From Podospora anserina (taxonomy: Eukaryota): a DNA stretch of 64,000 nucleotides. The notes beneath the pieces were generated by a model. That model was given only the letters and a program-made list of their open reading frames with translations. It was not told the origin of the DNA and ran no database searches. The position numbers and the translations under genes were made by a program. The DNA lies in the NCBI GenBank assembly GCA_017654855.1, contig CM030336.1, positions 992,001 through 1,056,000 on the forward strand, written 5' to 3'. Positions 13,219-26,591 of the stretch are shown here, one piece after another; the first letter of the stretch is position 1, and every line of letters starts with the position of its first letter.

Positions 13219-14163
13219 GATGGCGTTGAGATAGGAGAGAGGCACGATGACTACCTAGGCAGACCTAGGGCTTTGAGTCTACGACGAAGCTAGAGCGGTC
13301 TCTATATAGTGGTGCGAAGACATTTCCTCACATCCTGTGCCTGAAAATGAGATACTTCGACCCTACAAGCCTCTTTGAAGCCGGTGTGTAAGGTACCTAG
13401 TTCGGGCACCTGCCCTGGAGAACGAGCAACAATCTGTGAGCCTGTAGGAACCGGACTTGCAGCCCAAAACAGGCAGCTCCTCCGCATACCGAGCTGTCTC
13501 GACTGCCGGAAGGTGAGGAGGAGCCGTGATCCACCGCCAGGTTCCTATTCCCACTCGCACTCGGGAAGGAACAGGCGCAGCAAAGCGAGCCATTCCGGAA
13601 ATGTGTCAACCTTGCCGTAGGATAACGGCGGGTATACTTCCTAGATACTACCCGAACTGCCAGTCCACGAACAGTGATTCCATGATACTATCAACTTGAA
13701 TGGACACTAGGAAAGTCTTGGTAGGGCTCAGCAATCGTCGGGTAGAGAAGGCTGATATCTACGCCTCTCTTCACACGACTGATGCATCCGGTGGTGCGTG
13801 AAGGGCGGGTCGTTGGCCTCTCGATATTGATTTTGCCACGGTTCTGCTTCTACCGGAATTAATAACCCATTGCTTTGGTAATCGGGGCGCGTAGGGCTGG
13901 TAACCAATCATGATAGTCATCACCAAATGAAGGGACCTCGATATCAGGTTTACTTGGCGGACCGAGTCACCGAAACTATTTGACAGTCGGATGAAGAATC
14001 CTCCCGCCCTGTGGCACAGCAGGGATACTCGCGAAATGTGCCACCATGCACTCCCGGCCGGTATGCTGGCCAGTGGCCTAGTCAGTCAAGATGGCTACGC
14101 TTGATTGGCAAACGGAGTTCGAATGGTTGGCAAATTTGATGTTCTATTCGACATGCTGACAGC

Positions 14164-16045
14164 CTAGGCGCTCACATCCCCCTTTGGGGAATGCCTGCCC
14201 TGCAGTTTATGTTCGGAATCCAACTTCCTATCTAGGGTGTGGTGTTTCATGAAGAAGCTTGCCAATAAGCACGACGCTGAGAGACCCACCAACAGGCTGA
14301 ATACTCCATGAAACCCTTTCACATAAGACTCTAGTATCGCATCCTTTGTGGGGCCGCTTTGCATGGCGTGGAGTCTCGCCACAAATGACTCTGCATCAAC
14401 TGCAATGACGAGAGCATCAGCGACTTTCCTTTCTTCAAGTGCTCTCAGCAGCACATTTTGGAATGTTGTGCCGCCCAAGGCAACTCCCAAACACATGCCG
14501 AGTGTCCGCATAAACATGAACATGGTGACTGCATACGCGACATCAACTGTCTTGGCCATGGTCTGCGTAGCCACGTTGAGCGCGCTGAGCAAAAGTCCCT
14601 GGCCGATGCTGGAAACAAGCAAGATGAAGACAGTTGCTGCCACTGAACGGTCTCGGTCCAAGAGGAATAACAGACCATTCCCCAATGTTGTCACTGCCAG
14701 CCCACCCCAAACAGCCCATAAAAATGACCCGAACCGTGTAATCATCAGGCCTGTGACGATGCTGGCGGGGAAAAGAACCAGGTTTACCGCCACCATGATG
14801 ACAGCCACTATTGTCGGGTTTATGGCCTTGATGGACTGGTAATAGAACATGATGTAAAACAGGTGCGAGAAGAGCTTTGACGTTATTAGTGTGGGGCCCT
14901 CAAATAGGGGTTCAGGGGTGGGTGACGCACCAGAAATCCATGAACTGTGGTGCAGATGTAAACAAGCACCGCAGACAGGCTGTTAAAGACTGAGACCCTC
15001 AAAAATGGGAAAGCAGGGACGCGTTTCTCATAAACCACCGTTAGCAACAGGCCAACCGCACCCACGATGATTGGCACAAGTGTTTGATAAGAGTTCCACG
15101 GAAATTGGATTCCTGCCCAAGTGAGCCCGACCAAGAAGCTTGAGATGCTGGCGATGAATAAAACACCACCAGCCCAGTCAACAGCGGCAAGGTTCTCCGC
15201 AAAAGTTCTCTTCTTCTCTGGCCTGAGATTGACTGTGAGAGGAACAATCAAGAGCCCAAGACAGCAGATGGGAAAGTTGATGTAAAAGAGCCACTGGTTT
15301 TGTTGTCAGCATTGCTGCCTCGTGAAAATGATCGATTAAAACATACCCTCCATGTTGTGTGCTCAGTAATCACACCGCCAAGGACGGGACCACAGATGGC
15401 GCCTAAGCCCCAGGCCAACAAGGTGAAGTTGCCGTATTTTGGTCTCTGCCTGAGAGGCACAATATCCGACACGATGATGTAGGACATTGTCTGGATGCCC
15501 CCGGCCCCAACACCTTGCAAGGTTCGGCCGGCCAGCAGCTGGGTCATGGTGTGGGATGTGCAACATACTACTGTCCCCACGGTAAAGAAAAGAAGCGACA
15601 CCATGAGCAGCTCACGGCGACCAAAGATGTCAGACACGGCGCCAATGCAGGGAACAAGTGCTGCGTTGGCCAGCAGAAAAGATGTGCCTGTCCAAAAGGT
15701 TGCTGCAGACGTTCCGCCGAGTTCATGGGCGAGTGTCTGGCCTGCCGTGTCAGTGCCACTGCCATTTTTGGTCAGGAGAGAGGACAAACAGGCAGTGCTG
15801 GAATCAGAATCATCACATCAACCTGACGGACAGTCAGCAAATACGCAGGGAGATGGCTGCTATGTGCTCACAGCAATGATGAAAGAGATAATGGACAGTG
15901 TCAACAGAATCATCCACTCCTGTCTCCCGGCCTTCCATGCGTTTAACTCTCCCCCCGCCTGTTCGCTGCGTTCGACGCTAATCTGTTGGTCCGTTACGAG
16001 ATGAGCTGGAGGTTGGCTGGCATCGTGGGGTGATTGCTGTGCCAT
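14164..16045 (-). CDS. MFS drug:H+ antiporter (DHA2, 14-TMS type) efflux pump
   Basis: Spliced ORFs with WTGTSFLLA, SDIFGRR, GRTLQGVGAGG, DIVPLRQRP, GPVLGG motifs and many hydrophobic segments. Confidence 0.9.
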
Positions 16046-16799
16046 TTTCGTTGCGATCGCTTAGAAACAAAAATCAGTATCGAATCAGACAAGAGGCAGA
16101 AGGACACCCACCATCACCAGCAAAAGGGTGGTTGTCCTTGGCCTTGAAGTTATGTAGGACTGGGGCTGCTTTCTTGCTCGAAGATGCCTCGGCTTGGGTG
16201 AAGCTGCCATGATGACCAACAGTTTACAGTTTACAGCATCTGCCAGATAAGGAAGGTTAACTCGGCAAAATAAATGAAAACACGGCGCAAGATACCTGTT
16301 GGCGAGTTTTGCCCCATCAGAGCATGCGTGGAACTCCCTACCTCCATTCGGTGTCTCTGGAACACACGCGCGTGCAATGCAACTCGTGTGTGACTGTCCC
16401 GGAGAAGGCGCAAGGCGGTGGCTAGGAACCCATTGTGTTCGTTATCGGCCTGCGAAAGAGGTGATGTGGTGTGCCTGCTCGAGTGTGGGTGGGCAAATAA
16501 TCTATTACGCCACGCTAAGCCGTGCTTGCTAATGGACCATGAGACACTGGGATGCGGCACAGAATACCTGACACAGTGCCGCATTTACTGTACTGAATGT
16601 CTCTCCCGCCGTGTCCTCGCCCGCCCGGGTTGCCAAGCAACCCCTCAGCCGACCCGACGAGAACCACGGCTGGAGTTGAAGAGATTGGAACACCGGACAT
16701 ATTAGCCCAGAGGCAAACCAGTACAGACGCTAGATCGCTCGACAAGCTGCTTTTATCTTGAGCGCTCAATAGTCAACCCTTTGGCGACGAGACATCGAC

Positions 16800-19700
16800 A
16801 TGGCCACGCACAATGTTGCTGTCGCCCTTGACAAACGGGAGTCTATCCCTGGTCCGTCACCGCTCCCACTGTTGGGGAATATTCGAGACATCGATGTCAA
16901 AAACACTGTTAGAAGTCTTAATGAGCTCGCTGACTCTTATGGTACGCCGAACTGCTTTTACAATAATGTTTCCCACTGTAGCTGAACCAAACACAGGACC
17001 AATCTACCGCTTGAAACTCGGGGTCGCCAATGTCATAATCATTTCCAGCTATGGACTGATCAATGAAGTCTTGTCCCGGAAGGAGTTCATCAAGTATCCC
17101 GTTGGGACCGTGATGCGCATGAGAGACGTTATTCATGACAGCCTCATCACTGCCTTCCACCATGAGGAAAACTGGGCGATTGCACATCGCACCTTGGTTC
17201 CTGCTTTTGGACCCTTGGCCATCAAACAAATGTTTGGCGGTAAGTTCGGCCGCTGGTTCTCCAGACTCTGCGTGCCATGACTAAAACAATTGTGACAGAG
17301 ATGCATGATATTGGCTCTCAGCTCGTGCAGAAGTGGATTCATTCGGGGCCCACCACTGCTATCGACGTCGTGGCAGATTTGCAAAGTCTTGCGTTGGACA
17401 CACTTGCGCTGTAGGTCTCTTCTCAGGTCTATTACCCAGGGCTGTTTGCGTGCTAAAAAACTGGGTCGAGATGTGCGATGGACACACGATTCAACTCTTT
17501 GTCTCGAGATGCGGATGAGCCGCACAAGCTCGTCAATGCCTTGAACGGCATATTTTCCGAAGTCACAGTGCGGGCTGCCAGACCAGCGTGGTTTACCAAG
17601 CTGCAGTGGTCTGCAAATCGCAAGTTCGACGAGAATAACGCTTTTCTCCGCAAACTCGCCCACGAGGTGATCAGTCACCGCAGAGCAAACCCATCCCAGA
17701 AGAAGGATTTGTTGAATGCCCTGGTGAACGGCAAAGACCCGGCCACAGGTAATTCCTTGACAGATGATTGCATCATAAACAACATGATGGCGTTTCTGAT
17801 TGCTGGTATGTTTTGTTCCCGTCACTTATGTGTTTTCAGCTTTTATTGATGCTGTCGTGTTGTAGGATCAGAGACAACTGGCAATTTGCTTGCGTTTCTG
17901 CTTTACTACCTCCTGGCAAACCCAAGGGCATACGCAACGCTACGAGAGGAGATCGATAGGGTGGTGGGGAGTGACCCTTTGGCCCCCGAGCATCTGAACA
18001 AGTTGCCGTACACCAAGGCTTGCCTGAGAGAAGCACTTCGGCTGCAACCTACGGTTCCCGTTCTAGCTGTCAAGCCAGTGGATGTAGATGGCCCGATCGT
18101 ACTGGGACACAAGTGGGAGCTCGACGGACCGCAGACCATTCTTATTTTGCTTCACCATCTTCATCGAGATGCTTCTGTTTGGGGTGAGAATGCCAAAGAC
18201 TTTAACCCTCAAAGAATGTTGGACAAGAACTTTGCGAAATTACCGCCCAACGCATGGAAGGTTTGTCTACCCCTGACGCTCTTGCTCTTCAGTATTATCT
18301 AACATCGCCGATTTGCTTAGCCATTCGGAAATGGGCAACGATCCTGTATTGGGAATGAATTCGCCTTCCAAGAAGCCACCATTGCCGTTGCACTTCTCTT
18401 TCAGAAATTCGACTTCTCATTCGCGGACCCGGATTACAAACTCACCATCAAACAAGCGGCAAGTATCAAGCCAGCAAACCTCTTTGTACACGCCAAACCA
18501 AGACCTGGAGTCGATGCTTTGTCGACTAACCAGGGCGTTGTGCACGAGGACACCATCGGGAAACCCGCTCCAGCCACAGAGAACGTATTTTCAGGCGTCA
18601 ATGACCTAAAACCGATTATTGTCTACTACGGCTCCAACATGGGAACATCAATGGAGCTTGCCAATAACCTGGCAAAGTCAGCTATTCAGCGAGGTTTCCA
18701 GTGCACAGCAGCGGCTCTTGATGAAGCCACCGGGAGTCTCAGGCCGGGAGTTTTGTCTGTATTCATCAGCTCGTCTTATGACGGACAGCCCACAAACAAC
18801 GGGGCCAAGTTCATTGACTGGATCTCAGCATTGAGTCCAAACTCCTTGACGGGGGTTGAATTCGTGGTTTTTGGGTGTGGCAACCGTACGTTTTTCGTTT
18901 TACTGTTTTCCATCATACGGGCTAACCTAGAGGGAACAGGGGAATGGAGGGACACCTTTCAGCGTATCCCAAATCTTATCTTTGATCTCTTGGAGAAACA
19001 CGGTGCGATATCCATCGCGGCAAAGGGAAGTGCAGATGCTGCCGAGGGCGATGTGCTCGCCCAGTTTGTGACGTGGCAGGCCAGTGACTTTTGGCCGTGT
19101 GTTGCGAACCTTCACGGCGTCGCTCCTGGAACCACAGATGAAGCATTGCGTGTTGCGGTTGTGCATCACAAACCTACTTTTCAGCCTATTCAGACGGGTG
19201 TTAGCGCCATTGTGAAGAAGGTCTATCGGCTTACTGATGATCGAGTTCGACCGAAATACCATCTTGAACTTGAGCTTCCGGAGGGGCACAACTACGAGGT
19301 CGGCGGCTATCTCGAGATACTGCCGCGCAACCCCCTGGAGCTTGTCAAACGAGCGCTCAGAGCCTTGGGGCTCAAAGAGGACGATGTACTTGAACTACAC
19401 AGCTCGGCTTCAACCCCGCTACCTACTGGTGTGCCACTCCTGGCAAAAGACCTCCTTTCTCACCATTTGGATCTGAACCAGCCAGCCACTGTCAAGGTAT
19501 GTTTTTGTTCATGACATCGGCAGCTTGTTTGCTAACGAAAATAGCAACTGGAGCTTCTCAGGGATCACTGCGAAGTGGCAGAGGACAAGCAGGCCCTGGA
19601 CTCGATCCTCGAAGAAGGCAACAGAACCACTGTCTTGACTCGTCGTCCGTCTGTCCTTCAGATTCTAGAGGCTGTCAAGATTGGCAACCTTCCCATGTCC

Positions 19701-20447
19701 GCCCTAATAGGCCTCCTCCCACCACTCAAACCCAGACCTTACTCTATTTCATCCTCGCCATTATCATCGCCGTCAAGATGTACTTTGACTTGGTCCGTCT
19801 TGCAACACCCAGGTCTATCCCATCCTCGGTTTAGCCAAATCACCACTTACGGCCTCGCTTCCAACTTCCTGTCTGCGCTCAAAGACGGGGATACGTTGTC
19901 CGTTACAGTGAAACCCAGTCATGCCGCATTTCGGCCCGTTTTTTATGGACCTGGAGCGACACCCGTGATCATGGTTTGTGCTGGTGCGGGCCTTGCTCCT
20001 TTCAGGGGATTCTTGCAACACAGATTTGAGCTGTTAAGGCAGGGTTCAGTGCTTGAGACCAAAATGCCACCTGCCATGCTCTTTGTTGGCTGTCGGTCCC
20101 CTGCTGACAAAATCTACGCGGATACCTTGAGAGAGTGGGCTTTGGCTGCGAGAGTCGACATTTTCTACGCTTTCTCCCAAAACACGGAGAATACAGAGAG
20201 TGCAGGGTGCAAGTATGCTCAGGATAGACTTTGGCTGGAGCGAGTTCGGGTGATGGACCTGTGGGAACAGGGAGCAAGAATGTATGTTTGTGGCAGCAGG
20301 CTTGTGAACGAGGGTGTGAAGGACGTACTCAAGAGGATGTATGTTGAGGGTGTGCAGAAGCAGAACGGCCAAGATCTTACGGAGGCGCAGGTTGAAGAGT
20401 GGTGGGCGAGTACAAGAAGGGACAGGTATGCGGTTGATGTATTCTAG
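16800..20447 (+). CDS. Self-sufficient cytochrome P450:NADPH-P450 reductase fusion (CYP505/P450foxy/BM3-like)
   Basis: N-terminal IPGPSPLPLLGNI; I-helix FLIAG-SETT across an intron; EALR; heme motif PFGNGQRSCIG (~18321-18353); flavodoxin YYGSNMGT and VFGCGN; FAD RPYSISSS; NADPH GAGLAPFRGF, YVCG; C-terminal RYAVDVF. Confidence 0.92.
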
Positions 20448-21653
20448 GCTGGGTGTGAACATAGAATCTTTGTGCTTATATTCACCCAAGTAAGCAGAGT
20501 AGGCACGCGTCAAGCGAGATTCGCCAGGTAGAGTTACACAATATTGCTTAATAGGTAACGTTAGGTATCATTTAGTGCTCTTTGGGGAGACTTTTGCCAT
20601 GGCTTTCAGTCACTTCCAACTGGATATCCTCCGCTGTCATACCTTGTGTACTTGCGTTGATAGCCCAAGCCTGTCCCGGACAACATCAAAGGACAATAGA
20701 AGTTTGAGCTGGGTCAAAGTCCTGGAGTCCACAAGTCAGCTGAGACTGTCATATTCTCCTTGAATCATGTTACCATGGAGTTTCATCAATCGATACCTAG
20801 GTAGTTCAGTTTTGCCCCTTTGAGCCGCTCTTAGATCACGAATCAATTCAAGGTACCTCACACAGTGCGCCTGTTCCGCTCAATTTGGTATGGGTTGTAA
20901 TGGCGTCTGATAAGTGCCTAGGTTGGGTGCCACGGAATAATCACCCACAAGCAACGCACAAGGTAGATCGTACCACGCGTTCCGCCTATAAAGATGCCAA
21001 GGGGGGCAGAGAACAGATTCCGTGGTTGTAGGCCCCAATTACCTAGCCCTGTGTGCCCTCTTGGCGCACGGATCACGTCGGTTCGCGAATCATAGACATT
21101 TGTGATATTACCTGGAACCAACGCTGTTCGCATTCAATAAATTTATGCTGTGCCACAGTGCGACCCGAGAAGGATTCTCAGAGTACGGCACCAGCAAGTC
21201 CTGCTCAGGTTGGGCCATGTTACGGGATTGGTCGGGCATGTAGTCGTCATCAGTTTTCCGAAAACATTCTTCTCGTTCATGTTGTGACAACCTCAACTGC
21301 AACGAACTTCTGTTGTTTTAACCGCCCCCTGTGCCGCAAAATGCCGCCATCAATGCAACAGTAAATGGGGCCCGTCGAAGGACCCTCCTTGTGCCGCTGG
21401 AAGCTGGATTAGAGGGACGTGGCAGTGTGTTTTTTTACGCTTCGAGAAGGCACAGCTGGATTTTCTTGTACATTTGCGGCATCGAAGAAGGAGCAAAGAC
21501 TTGGCAGGAGCAGAGTGCAGACAGACTTGAGAGTGTGTCTCTTGCCGGCTTTCTTACATATGGAAGGTAAAGAAACGGTTGATATCAGGAGTGCGTGAGG
21601 CCCAGGTTGGGATTACTCTTCTGCCCACTTTGAAGCAGTCACCAGCAATCGTG

Positions 21654-23341
21654 ATGGAATCTCCGAACGGAGAGCAATCCCCTTTGGCAGCGGCTATTGC
21701 TGCTCTGCCATCTTGTGCTGTAGGCAGAGGCCCTTCCCTTCTTCCTTTGAGCCAATCGTCAAGACACTGACTTGCAGCTAGTTGGCCTGCATCCAAGCAG
21801 CCATGGCGAACTCGACATGTTCACCGCTCGATAATGCCTGCCGGTGTACCAATGCAGCTTACAACGCTCAAGTTAGCCAATGTGTGCTTGGAAGCTGCAC
21901 AATCAGGGAAGGGCTCAGTGAGACTTTTGTGCGCACAGTTTGTCATGACATGAGATTCTGACAATAGAACAGCAACCCGAAATATTACGGCCGGTATCTG
22001 CGGCGTTGAGCCCTATGTCGACCATTCCGCCAAAGGAATCTTCATCGCCTTCACTGCCTTGACCACAATCTTTGTCGGCCTTCGGTTTCTTGCGAGACAG
22101 GCGAGAAATGTTCATGTCTGGTGGGATGACGTTATGAGCTTCGTGGGAGTCGTAAGTGTTGGGTTAATAATGTGCGGAAGTATGCGCTGACATGTAGCAA
22201 ACAGGCTTCCGTGATTGCTCTTCTCGGAATCATGATGAACTGTGAGTCTGGATTTCTCACCTCACTTCATTGTATTTTACTGACTCTTTCTCACGAAAAG
22301 TATATGAAATCGGCATGGGGTCCGATATGTGGTCCATTAAACATGAAAACATCACACGAATCTTCTTGTTGATGTGGGTGGCCATGTTTCTCTATGGTGT
22401 GGCCAGGACAGTTTCCAGAGTGTCCATTATGCTGTTTTATTTTCGCATCTTTGAGAACACCCCTGGCCGCCGTCTCAGGATTGCAGTTCTGGTTCTGGAT
22501 GTTCTCAGCTGCTCTGCTCTGATCCTGCTGGTCCTCTTTCCGTGCCGCCCCATCAGTCACTTTTGGGACCGCTGGGATGGCGAGCACGAAGGGACCTGTC
22601 TTGACTTTTACGGCGAGGCAGTTGGCATCGGTATTAAGGACATCATAGTCGATGTCATCATCATTACACTTCCTCTGCCTTGGATTTCCAAGTTGAACTT
22701 GAATCGCAAGAAGAAGATCATGAGTTGCATCTTGTTTTCTGTAGGACTTTGGTAAGCCAGCTTATGTCAAGTCTTGTACGAGTCTATGCTAATTATTCCC
22801 AGCGTTATTATTGTCAGTGCCGGCCGAATTGCTGTCGTGGACAAATTTGTTCACTCAACGAATCCCACTGGTAAGTCGCTGCATGATGACCCCTGAAATT
22901 GTTTGCAATCTAACATGTCATTCCAAAGTTGATATGATGGATCTTGCAATCCTCTCTGTCGTTGAACTCTCACTCGGTATCATCTGTGCTTGTCTCCCGA
23001 GTGTAAAACCACTGCTCAACTCTCAATACGTTCCGTTCCTAAAGTCCACCAGGGCTACCAAGGACTCCGCAACGCCAAAATACTACCCGGAGTTCAGGAG
23101 TGGAAATTCAGGGCAATCTGGTGGCACTAGCCAAAAGAAGATACGCGTCACGTACTCAACGGCTGCGACTGATAGCAACAACGCAGATAGAGACGAGAGT
23201 CCCTTGGTGATGCATCCGCATGGTCCGTATGTCCAACTTGAGAATATGGAATCCAGAGTGGGAACACCAAGGACAATGAATGATGGGAGACACCATCAAG
23301 ACCTGGGCGTGATGCCGCCGAGGGGAGCTTATATGGCGTGA
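21654..23341 (+). CDS. PTH11-like integral membrane receptor with N-terminal CFEM domain (fungal rhodopsin-like 7TM)
   Basis: Manually spliced: LPSCA|LACIQAAMANSTCSPLDNACRCTNAAYNAQVSQCVLGSC (CFEM Cys pattern), then VGLRFLAR..WWDD, RVSIMLFYFRIF, CRPISHFW, DVIIITLPLP, ELSLGIICACLP. The start codon is uncertain. Confidence 0.85.
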
Positions 23342-23670
23342 TCGGTGTGAGGGTTAAGGCTGTACTACTAGCTTCTTTTTGTATTACAGAGCTATCGTGA
23401 AATTGTGAAAATGGTCATTTTGTCTCTTGTATGTCTGACCATCACATGGACTGAGTACCTACCTTACTCTTCAGGACCGTGTTCGAATGCAAGAATGCCA
23501 CATGTCTGTTGTCAGATAAGTACGAAACCTTGGGCACTCTCACCCGGTGCCAGCTCGGTACGCAATTCAGCGCTGCGCAGCTGCTGCGCCGCTTCTGAGT
23601 GTATAAGAGAGCCCGTTCCCAGCTCCTAAATATCTGCAACCCTCAACCCCCTTGCTCCTCACTCCATATC

Positions 23671-24483
23671 ATGTTGTCGCAACCAAACCCCAAGGTGTTC
23701 AAGATCCTTTGTCTTCATGGCATTGGAACTAACTGTGAGGTATGCTTTTTATATCGTCATTGTGTTGTTGATGCCATGTCGCCCCAAGACTAACAACCTG
23801 GAATCATTCAGATATTGAAGCTCCAGACAGGTAATTGAGGCCCCATGTTTCTGCAACACCCGCGCTGACTGATTCATGGCATAGCTTCCCTCCGCCAACA
23901 TTTACCGTCAGGATGCACATATGACTGGTATCCAGGACTCCATCCTAGCCCGCCTGCGCCTGGTATCAGAGAGGCGTTCGGAACCAGTCATCAGTGTTTC
24001 TCCTACTTTGATGGCTCAGCAAAAGGGGGTATGGAGGCAGTGGATAAACTGGCTGATCATCTCCTCACCCATGGCCCCTATGATGCCATTCTTGCTTTCT
24101 CGATGGGTGGCGCGTTGGCCGCAACCCTCTTGCTCCGACCAGACCAGCAAGACCCTCAAGTCCGAGAAGCTAAGAGCAAGATTAAGAGTGTCGTTTTTCT
24201 TTCCAGTATCATGCCATCGGGCTGGGATGAATTGGAAAGCGGGAGAGTTACCTTTTTGAAGGCGAACAGGGTATCCGAGGAAAACAAGATTGCAATCCCT
24301 ACTGTCCACGCTTGGAGCAACAAGGACGTGCATTACCCTGGGATGGCGAAGCAGGTTATGAATATGTGTAAACAGGAGACCAGGGTGGAGGTGAAACATG
24401 GTGCTGGTCACGGAATTCCCAGTGTCCAGGGGGAAGCGTCCGAGCTAGCAATGGTCATAACGCACATGCTAGAGAGACTTTGA
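23671..24483 (+). CDS. FSH1/DUF341 serine hydrolase (LovG/Bref-TH-like trans-acting thioesterase)
   Basis: KILCLHGIGTN N-terminus, nucleophile elbow AFSMGG, IPTVHAW..KD, HGAGHGIP; two short 5' introns. Confidence 0.88.
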
Positions 24484-25485
24484 GAGGGTGTAGAAACAAT
24501 TACTGGGAACAGCATAGCATACCAATATGAAGCCGTGGAGCTGAGGTTGGGAGACGTTGTGGATCATCAAACATCGAGTTCACAAGTTGCCAAGAAGACT
24601 ACGCGAAACTAAGTACAGGAAAGGCGAAAGGAGAGTGCGGGTGAGCATAAGCTCCTGTATATACAATGAGCCGGAATCAAAGGTTGGCGAGCATGGGCCC
24701 AAACGCTCTGCCAACACACTTAGGTAGCTGGCATGTGACTCAGGGGTTCAGTGGCTTCGAGATGTCGCGGCGATGAGCCTTTTGTGTCTTAATTATGATG
24801 TTTAGCTACCGGCTTCCTATTATTTTTCCTGTTATATCCGTGTTATTTCATCGAACTATCTTTTTATCTTTTACCCCTCACGAGAGACCGCCTTATACGG
24901 TGCCAGTGCCACTATTGCATGCAAGCTTCAACCAATGAGCGGGCAAGCAGTCTGTGATGCCTGTGCGCTTGGTCTGTTGGGTCGCAACATGGTCGGCCTC
25001 CAGCTTTGGCTTTATACAAACATCACCTGCATTTCAAAAGGTGCGACCCAAGGTGGGCCAAAGCTCAAAAGCATTTCACGACAAACACGGCCAGAATGGG
25101 GCTCAGAAAGCTGTTTCGGTTTGGGCAAAAGAAGAGCGGCGCCTGTGATCCTTCGGGAAGTGTTGGCGAATCGTGGGATGCGACCGCTCCGTTTCTTCCT
25201 CCGATTCACGGGGGCCCCAAGGATATCATCAGGACACCATACCCCCAGGAGCCAAGCCCACCAGCAGAAACATCTGGTCAGGCACAGAGTTCGATATCCC
25301 TTCAGTTGTGGAGACAGGCCTACAAAAGCATCAGAGGGAAGAACAGGGAGCTAGTGGAGGCTTATGAAGGGGTTCTGAACGAGCAAGCACTGCTTCAAGG
25401 ACTTTCGGGAACAGCATTTGTATCTGGAGGACTTGCGGGAACGACAAATGAACAAGCTCGCTTTGGTCTGCTTCTCTCCTCCGCA

Positions 25486-25927
25486 CAGGGTGGTCAATGA
25501 GATGAGATGAGATGAGATGGCCCTCATCTCATCCCATCCCGCGGATCAGGCCTTCGGCTTATCCCACGGCCCTCAGGATTTATCTCATCTCACCGGCTCA
25601 TGAGACCTCCGGTAGTTTTTCCGGCCCGATAACCCTCACTTACAACCACCCACAACCCTCACTCACAACCACCCACTACCACCCACAACCACCCACAACC
25701 ACCCACAACTACCCACAACTACCCACAACCCTCACCCAGGCCATACCCTCACCACTTTTCTGGGGGTTAAAAGGGCCTTAAAATATATACCCTCCGTGAG
25801 ATGGGATATGAGACGAGACGGGGCTTTAATTTGACTTATCCCACGCAAAAATAAGGTCGTTTTATCTCATCCCACGGTCCTATCTCACAAGATGAGATGA
25901 GACGGTCTCATCTCATTGACCACCCTG
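25486..25927. mobile_element. Non-autonomous hAT-like MITE (442 bp)
   Basis: Perfect 22-bp TIR CAGGGTGGTCAATGAGATGAGA; 8-bp TSD CCTCCGCA (25478-25485, 25928-25935); excision restores the host reading frame; internal ACCACCCACA-type repeats. Confidence 0.92.
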
Positions 25928-26591
25928 CCTCCGCACAGAGATGCATTACGAAAGCTATGAAGCATGAGGAGGCAAAGACGGCGGTGATCGATGCTATCAC
26001 ATTCCTGAAGGCTATAAACGGAGTGGTGGGTCCGGTAGCGCATGCCTTCCCACCTGCAGCAATGGCATGGGCTGGAATCTGCGCTGTGTTCCCGGTACGT
26101 CGCCAAACATCCAATGCCAGACGGCAGTTGCTAACGCTGAGGTGCAGATTCTCGTTCAGCCAGTCATCGCGGACGCGAAGATGGTGGAGGGCTTGAACTA
26201 CATCATCTCTCGGATGGAGTGGTACATGGAACTATCCGAGGTAATCTTCGAAGACGACTGGGAGCATAACGTGGGGCTCTCTCAGCTTCAGAAAACGCTC
26301 CAAGGCTCCATCGCGGAGATTTATGCCGCCTTAATGGAATATGAGATGATGAGCGTAGCCTATTATTTCAGAGATAGTCCATTCACCCGAACCCTGACAA
26401 CATTACTTAGCTTCAATAACTGGGAGGAACGCACGGAAACCATCAAACAGCTAGAAGGCGACTTTTATCGTTCCAACTTACAATACGACAACCGAGAAAT
26501 CGTTCAACAGCTTCGTAGCCAGCGGCGCGATCAACTAGAACGCAATAAGGCAGAGCGGAGAAAAAGATAGAGCAAGATTACAGGCCGTTTT

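Noticed and set aside
13250-16800. Shared Zn2Cys6 binding sites (CGG/CCG pairs) in cluster promoters
   Set aside because: CGG triplets are present, but I could not see a consistently spaced motif shared among the promoters.
25096-25480. HET-s/PP/sigma-type amyloid signalling motif at the NLR N-terminus
   Set aside because: No G/N/Q-patterned motif is recognisable and there is no adjacent HeLo/SesB effector gene.
25512-25781. 89-aa His/Pro/Thr-rich ORF
   Set aside because: It is a translation of the MITE's internal minisatellite.
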